From Myxococcota bacterium (GTDB lineage: Bacteria; Myxococcota_A; UBA9160; SZUA-336), in the NCBI GenBank assembly GCA_035499075.1, contig DATJZN010000056.1:15718-79717 (forward strand): DNA of 64,000 bases, written 5' to 3'. The translations under genes and the position numbers were made by a program. Within the stretch, counting starts at the first letter, position 1. Every line of letters starts with the position of its first letter. Under the pieces are notes generated by a model, which had not been told where the DNA came from, did no database searches, and worked only from the letters and a program-made list of their open reading frames with translations. Of this stretch, positions 24,981 to 33,963 are shown one piece after another.

Positions 24981-27900
24981 ATGCAGCCGCGCCCGCGCAC
25001 GCCGTCCGTCCGCACGTCCCCGGAGCAGGCCGAGCGCATTCGGCGCTTGCTGCAGGGCTTCGCCACGAACCCGACCGACGCGCGCGCGTTCCGCACGCTC
25101 GAGGAGCACCTGTACCTCGAGGGGGCGTGGACGGAGCTCGCGAGCGTGTACGACTGCCGGCTCTCCGTGCTCGCGCCGACCAGCGCCGAGCGCGCCGAGG
25201 TGCTGTCGCGCGCGGCCGCGATCTACAGCGACCGCCTCGCCGACGTGGCACAGGCGCGCGCGCGCTACGAGGAGCTGCTGCGCATGCAGCCGCAGAACGC
25301 GGCCGCGCTGTCGAGCTTGCGGCGGCTGCTCGCGGCGGCGGGCGACGCGACGAGCGCGCTCCAGCTCGCGGAGGCCGAGGAGGCCCTGCCGCTGCCGCCG
25401 CGCGACCGCGCCCAGCTCTTCGCGGAGATCGGCCAGCTGTGGCGCGGCCTCGGCGACAAGGAAGAGGCGCGCCGCCGCTTCGAGGCCGCGCTCGAGCTCG
25501 ATCCCAAGTGCGACCCGGCGGTGCAGGGCGCGGCGCTGCTCGCCGAGGACGCCGGCGACCGCGCCCGCGCCCTCGCGCTGCACGAGAGCCGCCTGCCCGG
25601 GCTCACGGGCAACGTGCGCGCCGACGTGGTCGAGCGCATGGCGCGGCTCCTGCCGACCGAGGAGAGCGCGCGCCGCGCGGCGCTCCTGCGCGAGGTCGTG
25701 GCGAACCACCCCGAGCGGCGCGGCCCGCACGAGCGGCTGATCGAGATCGAGCGCGCGGCGCGGAACTACGCGGTCGTCGACGAGCTTCAGCGCGCGCTGT
25801 GGAAGCTCCTGCACGACCCCGTCGAGCGCGTCAGCCTGGCCAGCGGCGCGGCCGCGCTGCAGATGGACGAGGCGCAGAACGTCGAGTCCGCCGCGTACTG
25901 GGCCGAGCGCGCCGACGAGATCGCCTCCGACGACGCGGCCGTACAGAAGCTGCGCCTGCGCATCCACCGCAAGGCGGGCACGACGCGGGCGAGCCTCGAC
26001 GCGCTCGAGAAGCTGGCCGCGATCGAAGGCCACTCGCCCATGCGGCTGCTCGAGCTCGCCGTGCTGTACGAGCGCGAGGGCCAGTCGGCGCAGGCGATCG
26101 AGAAGCTCGAGCGCCTGCTCGCCCACGATGCCTACGACGCCGAGGCACTGGCGATCCTCGACCGCTGCCTGGCGCGCATGGGCCGCCACGCCGAGCGCGC
26201 CGAGGTGCTCGAGCGGCGCATGGCCGCCGCCGAGAGCAACGAGGACGCCGCCGACCTCATGGTCGAGCTCGGCGACCTGCACCTGCACGCGCTGGGCGAC
26301 GCCCGCAACGCCGAGGCCGCCTACCGCCGCGCGCTCGAGCAGGTGCCTGCGCACGCCGCGGGCGCCGCACAGCTGCGCGAGCTGTTGCGCTCGAGCGGCC
26401 GCGGCGGCGAGCTCTGTTCGCTCCTCGAAGGTCTGGCGCGCTCCGCACCGCAAGGGCGCGGGCGCGCGGCGCTCCTGTGCGAGCTGGCCCAGCTGCGGCT
26501 CGAGGCCGGCGCGCCGCCGGCCGAGGCGCACGCCGCGTACTCGGAGGCCCTGGAGTGCGACCCGAGCTGCGCGTCCGCGCTGGCGGGCATGCGCGAGCTC
26601 GCCGCGACCACCCGCGAGCCGCGGGCGCTGCTCGAGGTCGCCGAGCGCGAGCTCGCCCTCGAGCCGCCCGCCGAGCGCGCGGCCGCGCTCCTGGCCGACG
26701 TCGCGCAGGCTGCGCACGCGCTCGGCGAGCCCGAGCGGGCCCGCGCCGCCGCGCAGCGCTGGCTCGAGCTCGAGCCCTCGCCCGCCGCGCTGGGGCTCCT
26801 GGCCGAGCTCGCGCGCACCGACGGCGACTTCGCCGCGGAGGAGCGCTGGCTGGGCTCGCTCGAGGCCGTCGTCTCGGGCGCGGACCCGCGCGCCCACGCG
26901 CTCGTGTGCGTGCGCCTGGCCGAGCTCGCGCTCGCGAAGAGCGGGCCCGAGGCCGAGGCGGACGTGGAGCGCTGGTACCGCGCCGCGCGCGCGAGCGCGC
27001 CGACCGACGAGGCGCTCGGCGCGCGGCTCGTGGAGTTCTACCGCCGCACGCAGAAGCTGCCCGAGCTGGCGCGCGAGCTGCGCACACAGCTCGAAGCGGC
27101 CGGCGCCGCCGCGCCGCTCGCACAGGCGCTCGAGCTGGCGCGCACCCTGGCCGAGCTCGGCGACCTGGTGCAGGCGTCGGCCGTGCTGCAGCCGGCGTTC
27201 GAGCGCGAGCCCGAGTCCGTCGCCGCGGGCGACCTGCTCGAGAGCCTGCTCGCCGAACAGAACCGCATCGAAGAGCTGTGCGAGGTGCTCGCGCGGCGGC
27301 TGTCCCGCGAGCGCGACCCCGCGCGGCGGCGCGAGCTGGCGCACCGGCAGGCGGGCCTGCTGCTCGAAGGCCTGCGGCGCGCGCCCGACGCCATCGCCGT
27401 GCTGCGCGAGTTCGCCGACCCGACGCGCGACGGCCGGCTCGAGCACCTGTTCGCGCGCGCCCTCGAGGCCGGCGGCGAGACGCGGGAGCTCGAGAGCTGG
27501 CTCACCATGCGCGAGGGCCACGTCTCTGGGGCCGAGCGCACCGAGCTGCGCCTGCGTCTCGCCGCGCTGCTCGAGCGCGACGGCCGCGTCGCGGATGCGA
27601 TCGCTTGCCTGAAGCGCGCGCGCGACGGAGCCTCGAGCCCCGCGCTCGCCGCGACCGTGCGCGGCGCGCTGCTCGCGCTGCTGCGCGCGCACGGCACGGT
27701 CGATGACCAGCTCGCGTTCCTGGACGAAGGCATCCAGAGTGCGCCCGACGCGGAGGCGCGCGGCACGCTCCTCGTCGAGCGCGCGCGCATCTTCGCGGAA
27801 CGCGTGCGCGACCCGGCGCGCGCGCTCGCCGACTTGGAGCGCGCGCAGGCCGACGGCGCCCTGGGACCCGACGAGCTCCGACTCGTGGCCGAGCTCTCGG

Positions 27901-30900
27901 CCACGGCCGGCGCGCCCGAGCGCCAGGTGCACGCGCTGGAGCAGCTCGTCGAGACCGCGCGGGACCCCGAGACGCGGCGCGCGACGCGCCTCGAGCTGGC
28001 GCGCCTGTGGGCCGACGGTCCCGAAGCCGTGCGCGACGCCGCGCGCGGCGAAGAGATCTTGCGCGCACTGCTGCGCGAGAACGGCGCCGACGCCGACGCG
28101 TTCGACCGCTTGTCCGCGCTCTTCGAGCGGGCCGAGCGCGGCGTCGAGCTGCGCCGCTTGTTCGGCGAGCGCCTGGCCGAGAGCGCGCTGCGCCCCGGCG
28201 AGCGCGCGTCGCTGGCGCTGCGCCTGGCGCGCCTGCAGCTCGCGTCCGGCGACGCGCGCCAGGCCGTCGAGACGCTCGTCGGCGCGCGCGTCGGGGGCGA
28301 GACGCCGGACCCGGCCGTCGACGAGCTCCTGTACGGCGCGCTCGCACGCGCGGGGAACACCGGCGGCCAGATCAAGCTCGCGACCGAGCGCGCGCGCGGC
28401 GCGGCGGGTGCAGAGCGAGCGCGCTGGCTGCGGCGCTGGCTGACCGCGCTCGAAGCCGCGAGCCGGCCGGCGAGCGAGCGCTTGGAAGTCGTCGACGCGC
28501 TCTTCGCCGATGGCCCCGGCGACGCCGAGCTCCTGGCGCTGCGGCTGCCGCTCCTGCGCGAGGGCGCTCCGGCCGAGCGGCTCGCCGAAGGCCTCGAACG
28601 CGTGCTCGCGCGCGCCGACGCGGGCACGCCCGCCAGCCGGCGGCTGTGGGTGCGCGAGCTGCTGGCGCTGTACGAGGGTGCGCTCGAGCGGCCCGACCGC
28701 GCGCTCGCGCTCGTCGAGCGCGAGCTGGGCGCCGACTCCGGGCTGCGCGAGCCCGGCCTGCGCGCCGCGCGCGCGCTCGGCGACGAGTCGCGCGAGCTCG
28801 CGCTGCTGCGGCCGCTCGCCGGGGACGCCGGCCTCGCGCCCGCCGAGCTGCGCCGGCTCGGCCTGCTGCTCGCGCGCGCGGGCGAAGGCGACCTCGCCTA
28901 CACGATTCTGTGTCGCGCGCGGACCGCCGCGCCGCTCGACCGCGAAGTGCTCGAAGCGCTCGAGGCACTCGTGCGCGAATCGGGCGAAGACGGCGAGCTG
29001 CTCGGCGTGCTGTCCGCGCGCTTCGCGACCGAGGCCGGCGACGCGCGCCTGCGCGTGGCCCGCGACGCCGCCGCCGCGGCCGCGCGCGCGGGCGACGCGG
29101 CCGCCGAGCTGGCCTGGCTGCGCAAGCTCCACGCGCTGGCGCCGCTCGACCGCGAGGGCGCGTCGCGCTGGCTCGCGCTCGAGCGCCAGGCCGGTACGCC
29201 CGGCGGCCGGCTCGAGGCCGTGCGCGCGCGCGCCGCACTCGCGACCGAGCAGTCCGAGCGCGCCGAGCTCGCGGCGGCCGAAGGCGAGCTCCTCGCCGAC
29301 GGCGGCCAGCTCGCCGAGGCGAGCGCGTGCTACGCGCGCGCGCTGTCCGGCGCGCCGCGCGCGAAGCTGGCCTGGCTTCGCGCACAGAGCGAGCTGCTCC
29401 TGCGGCTCGGCCGCTCCGCCGAGCGCGTCGATCTGCTGCGCACGTTGGCGCGCCATCCCGAGGCGAGCGCCGACGAGCGGATGCGCTGGCAGCGCGAGCG
29501 CATCGAGCTGCTCGCCTCGCATCCCGAGCTCCGCGAAGAGGCCGCGCTCGAGCTGCGCATGTGGCTCGACTCCGACCCCGGCGCCTCGCGCGCAGCCCAG
29601 CTCGAGCGCATGCGCTCGCTGCTCGCGCTCTATGCCGAGCTCGGCCGCGACGCCGACTGGTGCGCCCTCGCGGAGCGCGCGCTGCCTCTCGCGCCCGACT
29701 CCGAGCGCGCCGAGCTCGAACGCCGCATCGCCGAGCGGCTCGGCACCTCCCTCGGCTCGACCGATCAGGCGATCTCGGCCTGGCAGCGCGTGCTCGCGCG
29801 CAACGCGAACGACCGGGACGCCCTCGCTGCGCTGGCCGGCCTGTTGCGCCGCCCCGGCGACGAGGCGCGCCGCGCGGACACGCTCGAGCGGCTGGCCGCG
29901 TCGGGCGCCGAGCACGCCGAATCACTCTGGCTCGCCGCCGCGCGCTTGCGCTGGCAGTCGCTCGGCGACGCGCCCGCCGCGCTCGTCGCGGTCGACCGCG
30001 CGCTCTCGCTCGCGCCGCGCCTCGACGGCGCGCACGACCTGCGCTCCGAGCTCTGCTCGCACCTCGACCGCCACGAGGACGAGGCCGCCTCGCTGCGCGC
30101 GCTGCTGGCGACCGACGCCGAGGGCCCGATGGCGGGCGACCGCTGGCTGCGGCTCGCCCAGCTCGTGGCCGCCCGGCGCGAGGGCTGGAGCGAGGCGATC
30201 GAAGCCGCCGAGCGGGCGCTGGCGACGGCGCCCGCCCAGACGTCCATGGTGCGCGAGGTGCGCCGCGTGTTCGAGCGGGCGAACGCCTGGGAGCGCGCAC
30301 GCGACCTGTTGCGGGAGGAGATCGGCGCGTCGACCGGCGAGGAGGCGCTCGGCCTGCACCGCCGGCTGGCGCGCATCGCCTGGGACGAGCTCTCCGACGA
30401 CGAGCTCGCCTGCAAGTCGCTCGCGGCGCTCGACGACGCGGAAGCGCTCCGCGGCGACGACCGCGAGCGCTACGCCGCTGCGCTCGCCGAGCAGGGGCGC
30501 TGGCGCGAGTCGCTCGACCAGCGCCACGCAGCGCTCCTCGAGTCGGGCGACCTCGCGACCGCGGCGCGCTGGCTCGAGCTGGCCCGCGACGCGCTCGCCA
30601 AGCTCGACGACCCGTCGCGCGCCCGCGAGGCCTGCGACCGCGCGCTCGAGCGCGAGCCAAAGCACCGCGACGCGCTGCAGCTGCGCACGCTCCTGCACGG
30701 CCGGCTGTGCGATCCGGCGCGCGAGTTCGGCGACGTGCTCCAGCTGGCCGAGCTCGAGTCCGACCCCTCGTCTGCGGCGGCGCTGTTCACACGCGCCGCC
30801 GAGATCGCGCGCGACCGGCTCGGCGATCCGCTGCGCGCCTGGGCGCTCTTCCGCACCGCGCTGAAGAAGGACGGCGCGCACCTGCCCGCCCTGCTCGGCG

Positions 30901-32741
30901 CCGGCCAGATCGCGCTCGAGCGCCACGAGTGGGCCGAGGCCGAGCGCGCCTTCGGGCTCGCGGCGTCGCTGTTGCGCGGGTCGCCCGACGAGGACAAGCT
31001 CGGCGGCGTGGCGCGCTCGGCGGCCTCGGCCGCGATCGCGCAGGAGCGCTTCGCCGAGGGCTTCCGCTACCTCGAGCTCGCGCTCGAACGCGAGCCCGCG
31101 CACCCCGAAGCGCTCGACGCGATGGCGGGCCTGGCCCTGCGGCTGGGCGCGCACGCGCGCGCGCGCGAGTGCCTCGAGACGCGGCTGCGCTCGCTCGAGC
31201 TCTCGCCCGAGGAGCGCGCCGACCGGCTCGTGAAGCTGGCGCAGGCGTGTGAGGGGCTCGCGCAGCTCGACCGCGCCGCGGCCGCGCTCGAAGAGGTGCT
31301 CTCGATCCGGCCGAGCGACGAGGTGTCACGCGCGCACGCCGTCGACCTGCTCGAGCGCCTCGGCGAAACCGAGCGCGCGGTGCTCCAGCTCGACGCCTGG
31401 AGCGAACACGTGCCGGCGGAGTTCGCGGCCCGCCTCGCGCTGCGCGCCGCGCAGCTCGAGCTCTCACAAGGCGACCGCGCGCACGCGCGCGAACGCCTCG
31501 AGGCGATCGTACAGGCACCGGCCGCGCCCGACGACGCGTGGGTGGCGCTGCTCGACCTGGTGCGCACCGACGACGGAGCGGCGGCCGGGCTCGATCTGGC
31601 GTCCGACGCGCTCGCCGCCGTGAAGGCGCCAAAGCCGCGCGCGGCGCTCTTGTGGACCGCGGCGTCGGCCTCGGCGTCGCTGGGCCAGAACGGCCCCGCG
31701 GCGCGCCGTGCGATGGAGGTGCTCACCTGCGACCCGGCGCACGTGGCGGCGGCGCGGATGCTCGCGGGCAACCTCGGCCACCTGGAGGATTGGGGCCAGG
31801 CGGTGAAGCTGCTCGAGCGCACGCTCGACAGCGCGCACCCCGAGCGCCCGGTCGAGGCCGAGCTCTGGGAGGCGGTGGGCCGGGCATACGCGGGTCCGCT
31901 CGAGGACATCGAGCGCGCGCAGCGCTGCTACCGCCGCGCGCTCGAGTGCAACCCGCTGCGCCAGAGCGCGCGCGAGGCGCTGGCGGACACGACTGCTTTC
32001 GATCCCGCGGCGCACCGCGAATCGGTCGAAGCGCACCGCGGCCTGCTCGAGCGACACCCGGGGCGGCGCAGCTCGTGGCGCTCGCTCGAGCGGATCGCCG
32101 CGCACTGGCGGCGCGACCGCGCGCAGACGACGTGCGTGGCCGTGCTGCAGGCGCTCGGGCCCGCGGGCGGCGCCACGCCGATCGAAGGCGCGCCGCTCGT
32201 CGACGTCGGCCCGCCGGCCGACTCGACGGTCGCGGCCGCGACCGAGCTCCTGCTCGCCGTCGGCGAGGCCGGCGCGCTGCCGGAGCCGAGCGAGCCGCGT
32301 CCCTACCCCGCGTTCGCGGGCGCGCTCGAAGAGGCGCTCGGCGCGCTCGTCGGCCCCGCATGGCGGCTCTCCGACGCCGCGCTGCGCGCGATCTGGAGCC
32401 AGCCGGGCGAGGACTCCACGCAGACGGGCGACGAAATCGGCCGGCGTGCGCGCCGCCGCCTGAAGCGCGCGCTGCGCAGCTTCGACACCGAGATGCTGCG
32501 CGTGCTCGCGCCCGACGTCTGGCGCGAGCAGGTGCTGGGCCAGGCCGCGGCGAAAGTGCTCGCGGCCGGAGGCATGGAGCTGCGCGACCTCTTGCTCGAG
32601 CTGCTCGCGGGCTGGCCCACGACGGCCCGGCTCGAGCTCCGCGCGAGCGGCGACGTGGCGTCGGCGGTCGCGCTCTGCCCGCCGGCGCGCGTGCTCTTGC
32701 TGCGCGTCGCGAGCGCCGTGATCGGAGCGCTGGGGCTCTAG
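24981..32741 (+). CDS. giant (2,586-aa) all-TPR-repeat protein, function unknown
   Basis: One uninterrupted 7,761-nt ORF with GC-rich third positions and an AAGAGG ribosome-binding site 7 nt upstream of its ATG. The product is A/L/R/E-rich, with 34-residue TPR-like signatures recurring from N- to C-terminus (AEAAYRRALEQVP, ALELDPKCDPA, ALEREPKHRDAL, ALECNPLRQSA...). There is no signal peptide or TM segment. Confidence 0.8.
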   Translation: MQPRPRTPSVRTSPEQAERIRRLLQGFATNPTDARAFRTLEEHLYLEGAWTELASVYDCRLSVLAPTSAERAEVLSRAAAIYSDRLADVAQARARYEELLRMQPQNAAALSSLRRLLAAAGDATSALQLAEAEEALPLPPRDRAQLFAEIGQLWRGLGDKEEARRRFEAALELDPKCDPAVQGAALLAEDAGDRARALALHESRLPGLTGNVRADVVERMARLLPTEESARRAALLREVVANHPERRGPHERLIEIERAARNYAVVDELQRALWKLLHDPVERVSLASGAAALQMDEAQNVESAAYWAERADEIASDDAAVQKLRLRIHRKAGTTRASLDALEKLAAIEGHSPMRLLELAVLYEREGQSAQAIEKLERLLAHDAYDAEALAILDRCLARMGRHAERAEVLERRMAAAESNEDAADLMVELGDLHLHALGDARNAEAAYRRALEQVPAHAAGAAQLRELLRSSGRGGELCSLLEGLARSAPQGRGRAALLCELAQLRLEAGAPPAEAHAAYSEALECDPSCASALAGMRELAATTREPRALLEVAERELALEPPAERAAALLADVAQAAHALGEPERARAAAQRWLELEPSPAALGLLAELARTDGDFAAEERWLGSLEAVVSGADPRAHALVCVRLAELALAKSGPEAEADVERWYRAARASAPTDEALGARLVEFYRRTQKLPELARELRTQLEAAGAAAPLAQALELARTLAELGDLVQASAVLQPAFEREPESVAAGDLLESLLAEQNRIEELCEVLARRLSRERDPARRRELAHRQAGLLLEGLRRAPDAIAVLREFADPTRDGRLEHLFARALEAGGETRELESWLTMREGHVSGAERTELRLRLAALLERDGRVADAIACLKRARDGASSPALAATVRGALLALLRAHGTVDDQLAFLDEGIQSAPDAEARGTLLVERARIFAERVRDPARALADLERAQADGALGPDELRLVAELSATAGAPERQVHALEQLVETARDPETRRATRLELARLWADGPEAVRDAARGEEILRALLRENGADADAFDRLSALFERAERGVELRRLFGERLAESALRPGERASLALRLARLQLASGDARQAVETLVGARVGGETPDPAVDELLYGALARAGNTGGQIKLATERARGAAGAERARWLRRWLTALEAASRPASERLEVVDALFADGPGDAELLALRLPLLREGAPAERLAEGLERVLARADAGTPASRRLWVRELLALYEGALERPDRALALVERELGADSGLREPGLRAARALGDESRELALLRPLAGDAGLAPAELRRLGLLLARAGEGDLAYTILCRARTAAPLDREVLEALEALVRESGEDGELLGVLSARFATEAGDARLRVARDAAAAAARAGDAAAELAWLRKLHALAPLDREGASRWLALERQAGTPGGRLEAVRARAALATEQSERAELAAAEGELLADGGQLAEASACYARALSGAPRAKLAWLRAQSELLLRLGRSAERVDLLRTLARHPEASADERMRWQRERIELLASHPELREEAALELRMWLDSDPGASRAAQLERMRSLLALYAELGRDADWCALAERALPLAPDSERAELERRIAERLGTSLGSTDQAISAWQRVLARNANDRDALAALAGLLRRPGDEARRADTLERLAASGAEHAESLWLAAARLRWQSLGDAPAALVAVDRALSLAPRLDGAHDLRSELCSHLDRHEDEAASLRALLATDAEGPMAGDRWLRLAQLVAARREGWSEAIEAAERALATAPAQTSMVREVRRVFERANAWERARDLLREEIGASTGEEALGLHRRLARIAWDELSDDELACKSLAALDDAEALRGDDRERYAAALAEQGRWRESLDQRHAALLESGDLATAARWLELARDALAKLDDPSRAREACDRALEREPKHRDALQLRTLLHGRLCDPAREFGDVLQLAELESDPSSAAALFTRAAEIARDRLGDPLRAWALFRTALKKDGAHLPALLGAGQIALERHEWAEAERAFGLAASLLRGSPDEDKLGGVARSAASAAIAQERFAEGFRYLELALEREPAHPEALDAMAGLALRLGAHARARECLETRLRSLELSPEERADRLVKLAQACEGLAQLDRAAAALEEVLSIRPSDEVSRAHAVDLLERLGETERAVLQLDAWSEHVPAEFAARLALRAAQLELSQGDRAHARERLEAIVQAPAAPDDAWVALLDLVRTDDGAAAGLDLASDALAAVKAPKPRAALLWTAASASASLGQNGPAARRAMEVLTCDPAHVAAARMLAGNLGHLEDWGQAVKLLERTLDSAHPERPVEAELWEAVGRAYAGPLEDIERAQRCYRRALECNPLRQSAREALADTTAFDPAAHRESVEAHRGLLERHPGRRSSWRSLERIAAHWRRDRAQTTCVAVLQALGPAGGATPIEGAPLVDVGPPADSTVAAATELLLAVGEAGALPEPSEPRPYPAFAGALEEALGALVGPAWRLSDAALRAIWSQPGEDSTQTGDEIGRRARRRLKRALRSFDTEMLRVLAPDVWREQVLGQAAAKVLAAGGMELRDLLLELLAGWPTTARLELRASGDVASAVALCPPARVLLLRVASAVIGALGL

Positions 32742-32754
32742 GCCGCGAGAGCGG

Positions 32755-33684
32755 TCAGCTGCGGGAGCGCGCGAGGGCCGGCTGCAGGACGCCGGCCTCG
32801 GGCGCGAGCTCGCGCTCGGCGCTCGGCGTCTCGAGCGTCCAGCAGGACGGGTTCGCGCGGATCTCCGCGACGAGCGCCTGGTGGAGCTGGTGGCCGCCGC
32901 GCACCGCCTTCACGTGGCCCTGCAGGGGCACGCCGAGCAGCGCGAGGTCGCCGACGAGGTCGAGCACCTTGTGGCGCGCGAACTCGTCGCGGAAGCGCAG
33001 GCCCTCGGGATTCAGCACGCGCGCGTCGTCGAGGACGATCGCGTTGGCGAGCGAGCCGCCGCGCGCGAGGCCGATGGCGCGGAGGCGCTGGGTATCCTTG
33101 AGGAAGCCGAACGTGCGCGCCGGCGCGATCTCGCGCGCGAACACCTCGGGGGTCAGCACGAGCGACTCGATCTGCTGCCGGCCGATGGCCGGGTGCGCGT
33201 AGTCGATCTCGACCGAGAGCTTCAACTCGCGCGAAGGGACGACCCGCACGTAGCGGTTGCCGTCGCGGACCTCGATCGGGCGGCGGATCACGAGGCGGCG
33301 GCGCATGCGGCCCTGCGCGCGGATGCCGGCCTGCTGAATCAGGTAGACGAACGCAGCGGCGCTGCCGTCCATGATCGGGACCTCGGGTCCCGAAACGCCG
33401 ACCGTGCAGTTGTCGATGCCCATGCCGCGCAGCGCGGAGACGAGGTGCTCGATCGTGGAGAGCCGCGCGTCCTCGTTGCCGAGCGTGGTGGCGAGCGTCG
33501 TGTCGATCACCCACTCGGCACGCGCCGGGAAGCGGACGGGGTGCTCGCCGTCATTGCGGACGAACAGGAGCCCCGTGCCGGCGGCGGCGGGCTTGAGCGA
33601 CAGCTCGACCGGCTCGCCTGTGTGGAGACCGATGCCGGTACACTGGACCGGCGACGCGATGGTTTGTTCTACGCCCCTCAGCAC
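32755..33684 (-). CDS. lpxC: UDP-3-O-acyl-N-acetylglucosamine deacetylase
   Basis: ...[21 protein letters not shown]...[13 protein letters not shown]...[26 protein letters not shown]..., LpxC zinc-binding motifs. Start chosen at the GTG at 33682-33684 (~309 aa). The 78 upstream codons of the track ORF have AT-rich third positions and are probably leader. Confidence 0.85.
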   Translation of the reverse strand: MLRGVEQTIASPVQCTGIGLHTGEPVELSLKPAAAGTGLLFVRNDGEHPVRFPARAEWVIDTTLATTLGNEDARLSTIEHLVSALRGMGIDNCTVGVSGPEVPIMDGSAAAFVYLIQQAGIRAQGRMRRRLVIRRPIEVRDGNRYVRVVPSRELKLSVEIDYAHPAIGRQQIESLVLTPEVFAREIAPARTFGFLKDTQRLRAIGLARGGSLANAIVLDDARVLNPEGLRFRDEFARHKVLDLVGDLALLGVPLQGHVKAVRGGHQLHQALVAEIRANPSCWTLETPSAERELAPEAGVLQPALARSRS

Positions 33685-33963
33685 GGCTTGGCCCCGTTCC
33701 CCAGATGCAAGCTTGCCAGAAGCACTCGCCGTTGCTGCGGTCCCAACGCCATGAGCTGTGATCCCCCCCACGCGCGTCCGAGCTTGAGCAACCTGCGTGC
33801 CAGCTGCCTCTCCTACCGAATGAAATCGGAAGAAATCGCGAAGTTCTGGATTCATCTTGTGATTTGGCGCACATCGGCCGCAAGGGCGCCGGGGTGGCTC
33901 CCCCGCGTGCGCCGGCAACCGGCCCGGTCAGAGTGACGTTTCGATTACGCCGTGATGAGATGA
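33685..33963 (-). promoter_or_regulatory. atypical ~280-nt low-GC leader / promoter region upstream of lpxC
   Basis: The segment ...ccgaatgaaatcggaagaaatcgcgaagttctggattcatcttgtgatttggcgcacatcg... has much lower GC than its flanks. Its open frame uses AAT, CCA, GAA, CTT, GAT and TTT codons that this genome otherwise avoids. Confidence 0.35.

Noticed and set aside
28007-31252. Long plus-strand alternate-frame ORFs inside the giant gene (1,081 aa, 784 aa) and a 762-aa antisense ORF
   Set aside because: R/A/P/G-dominated low-complexity translations in frames +1/+2 of a confidently coding frame. No start context and no motifs.
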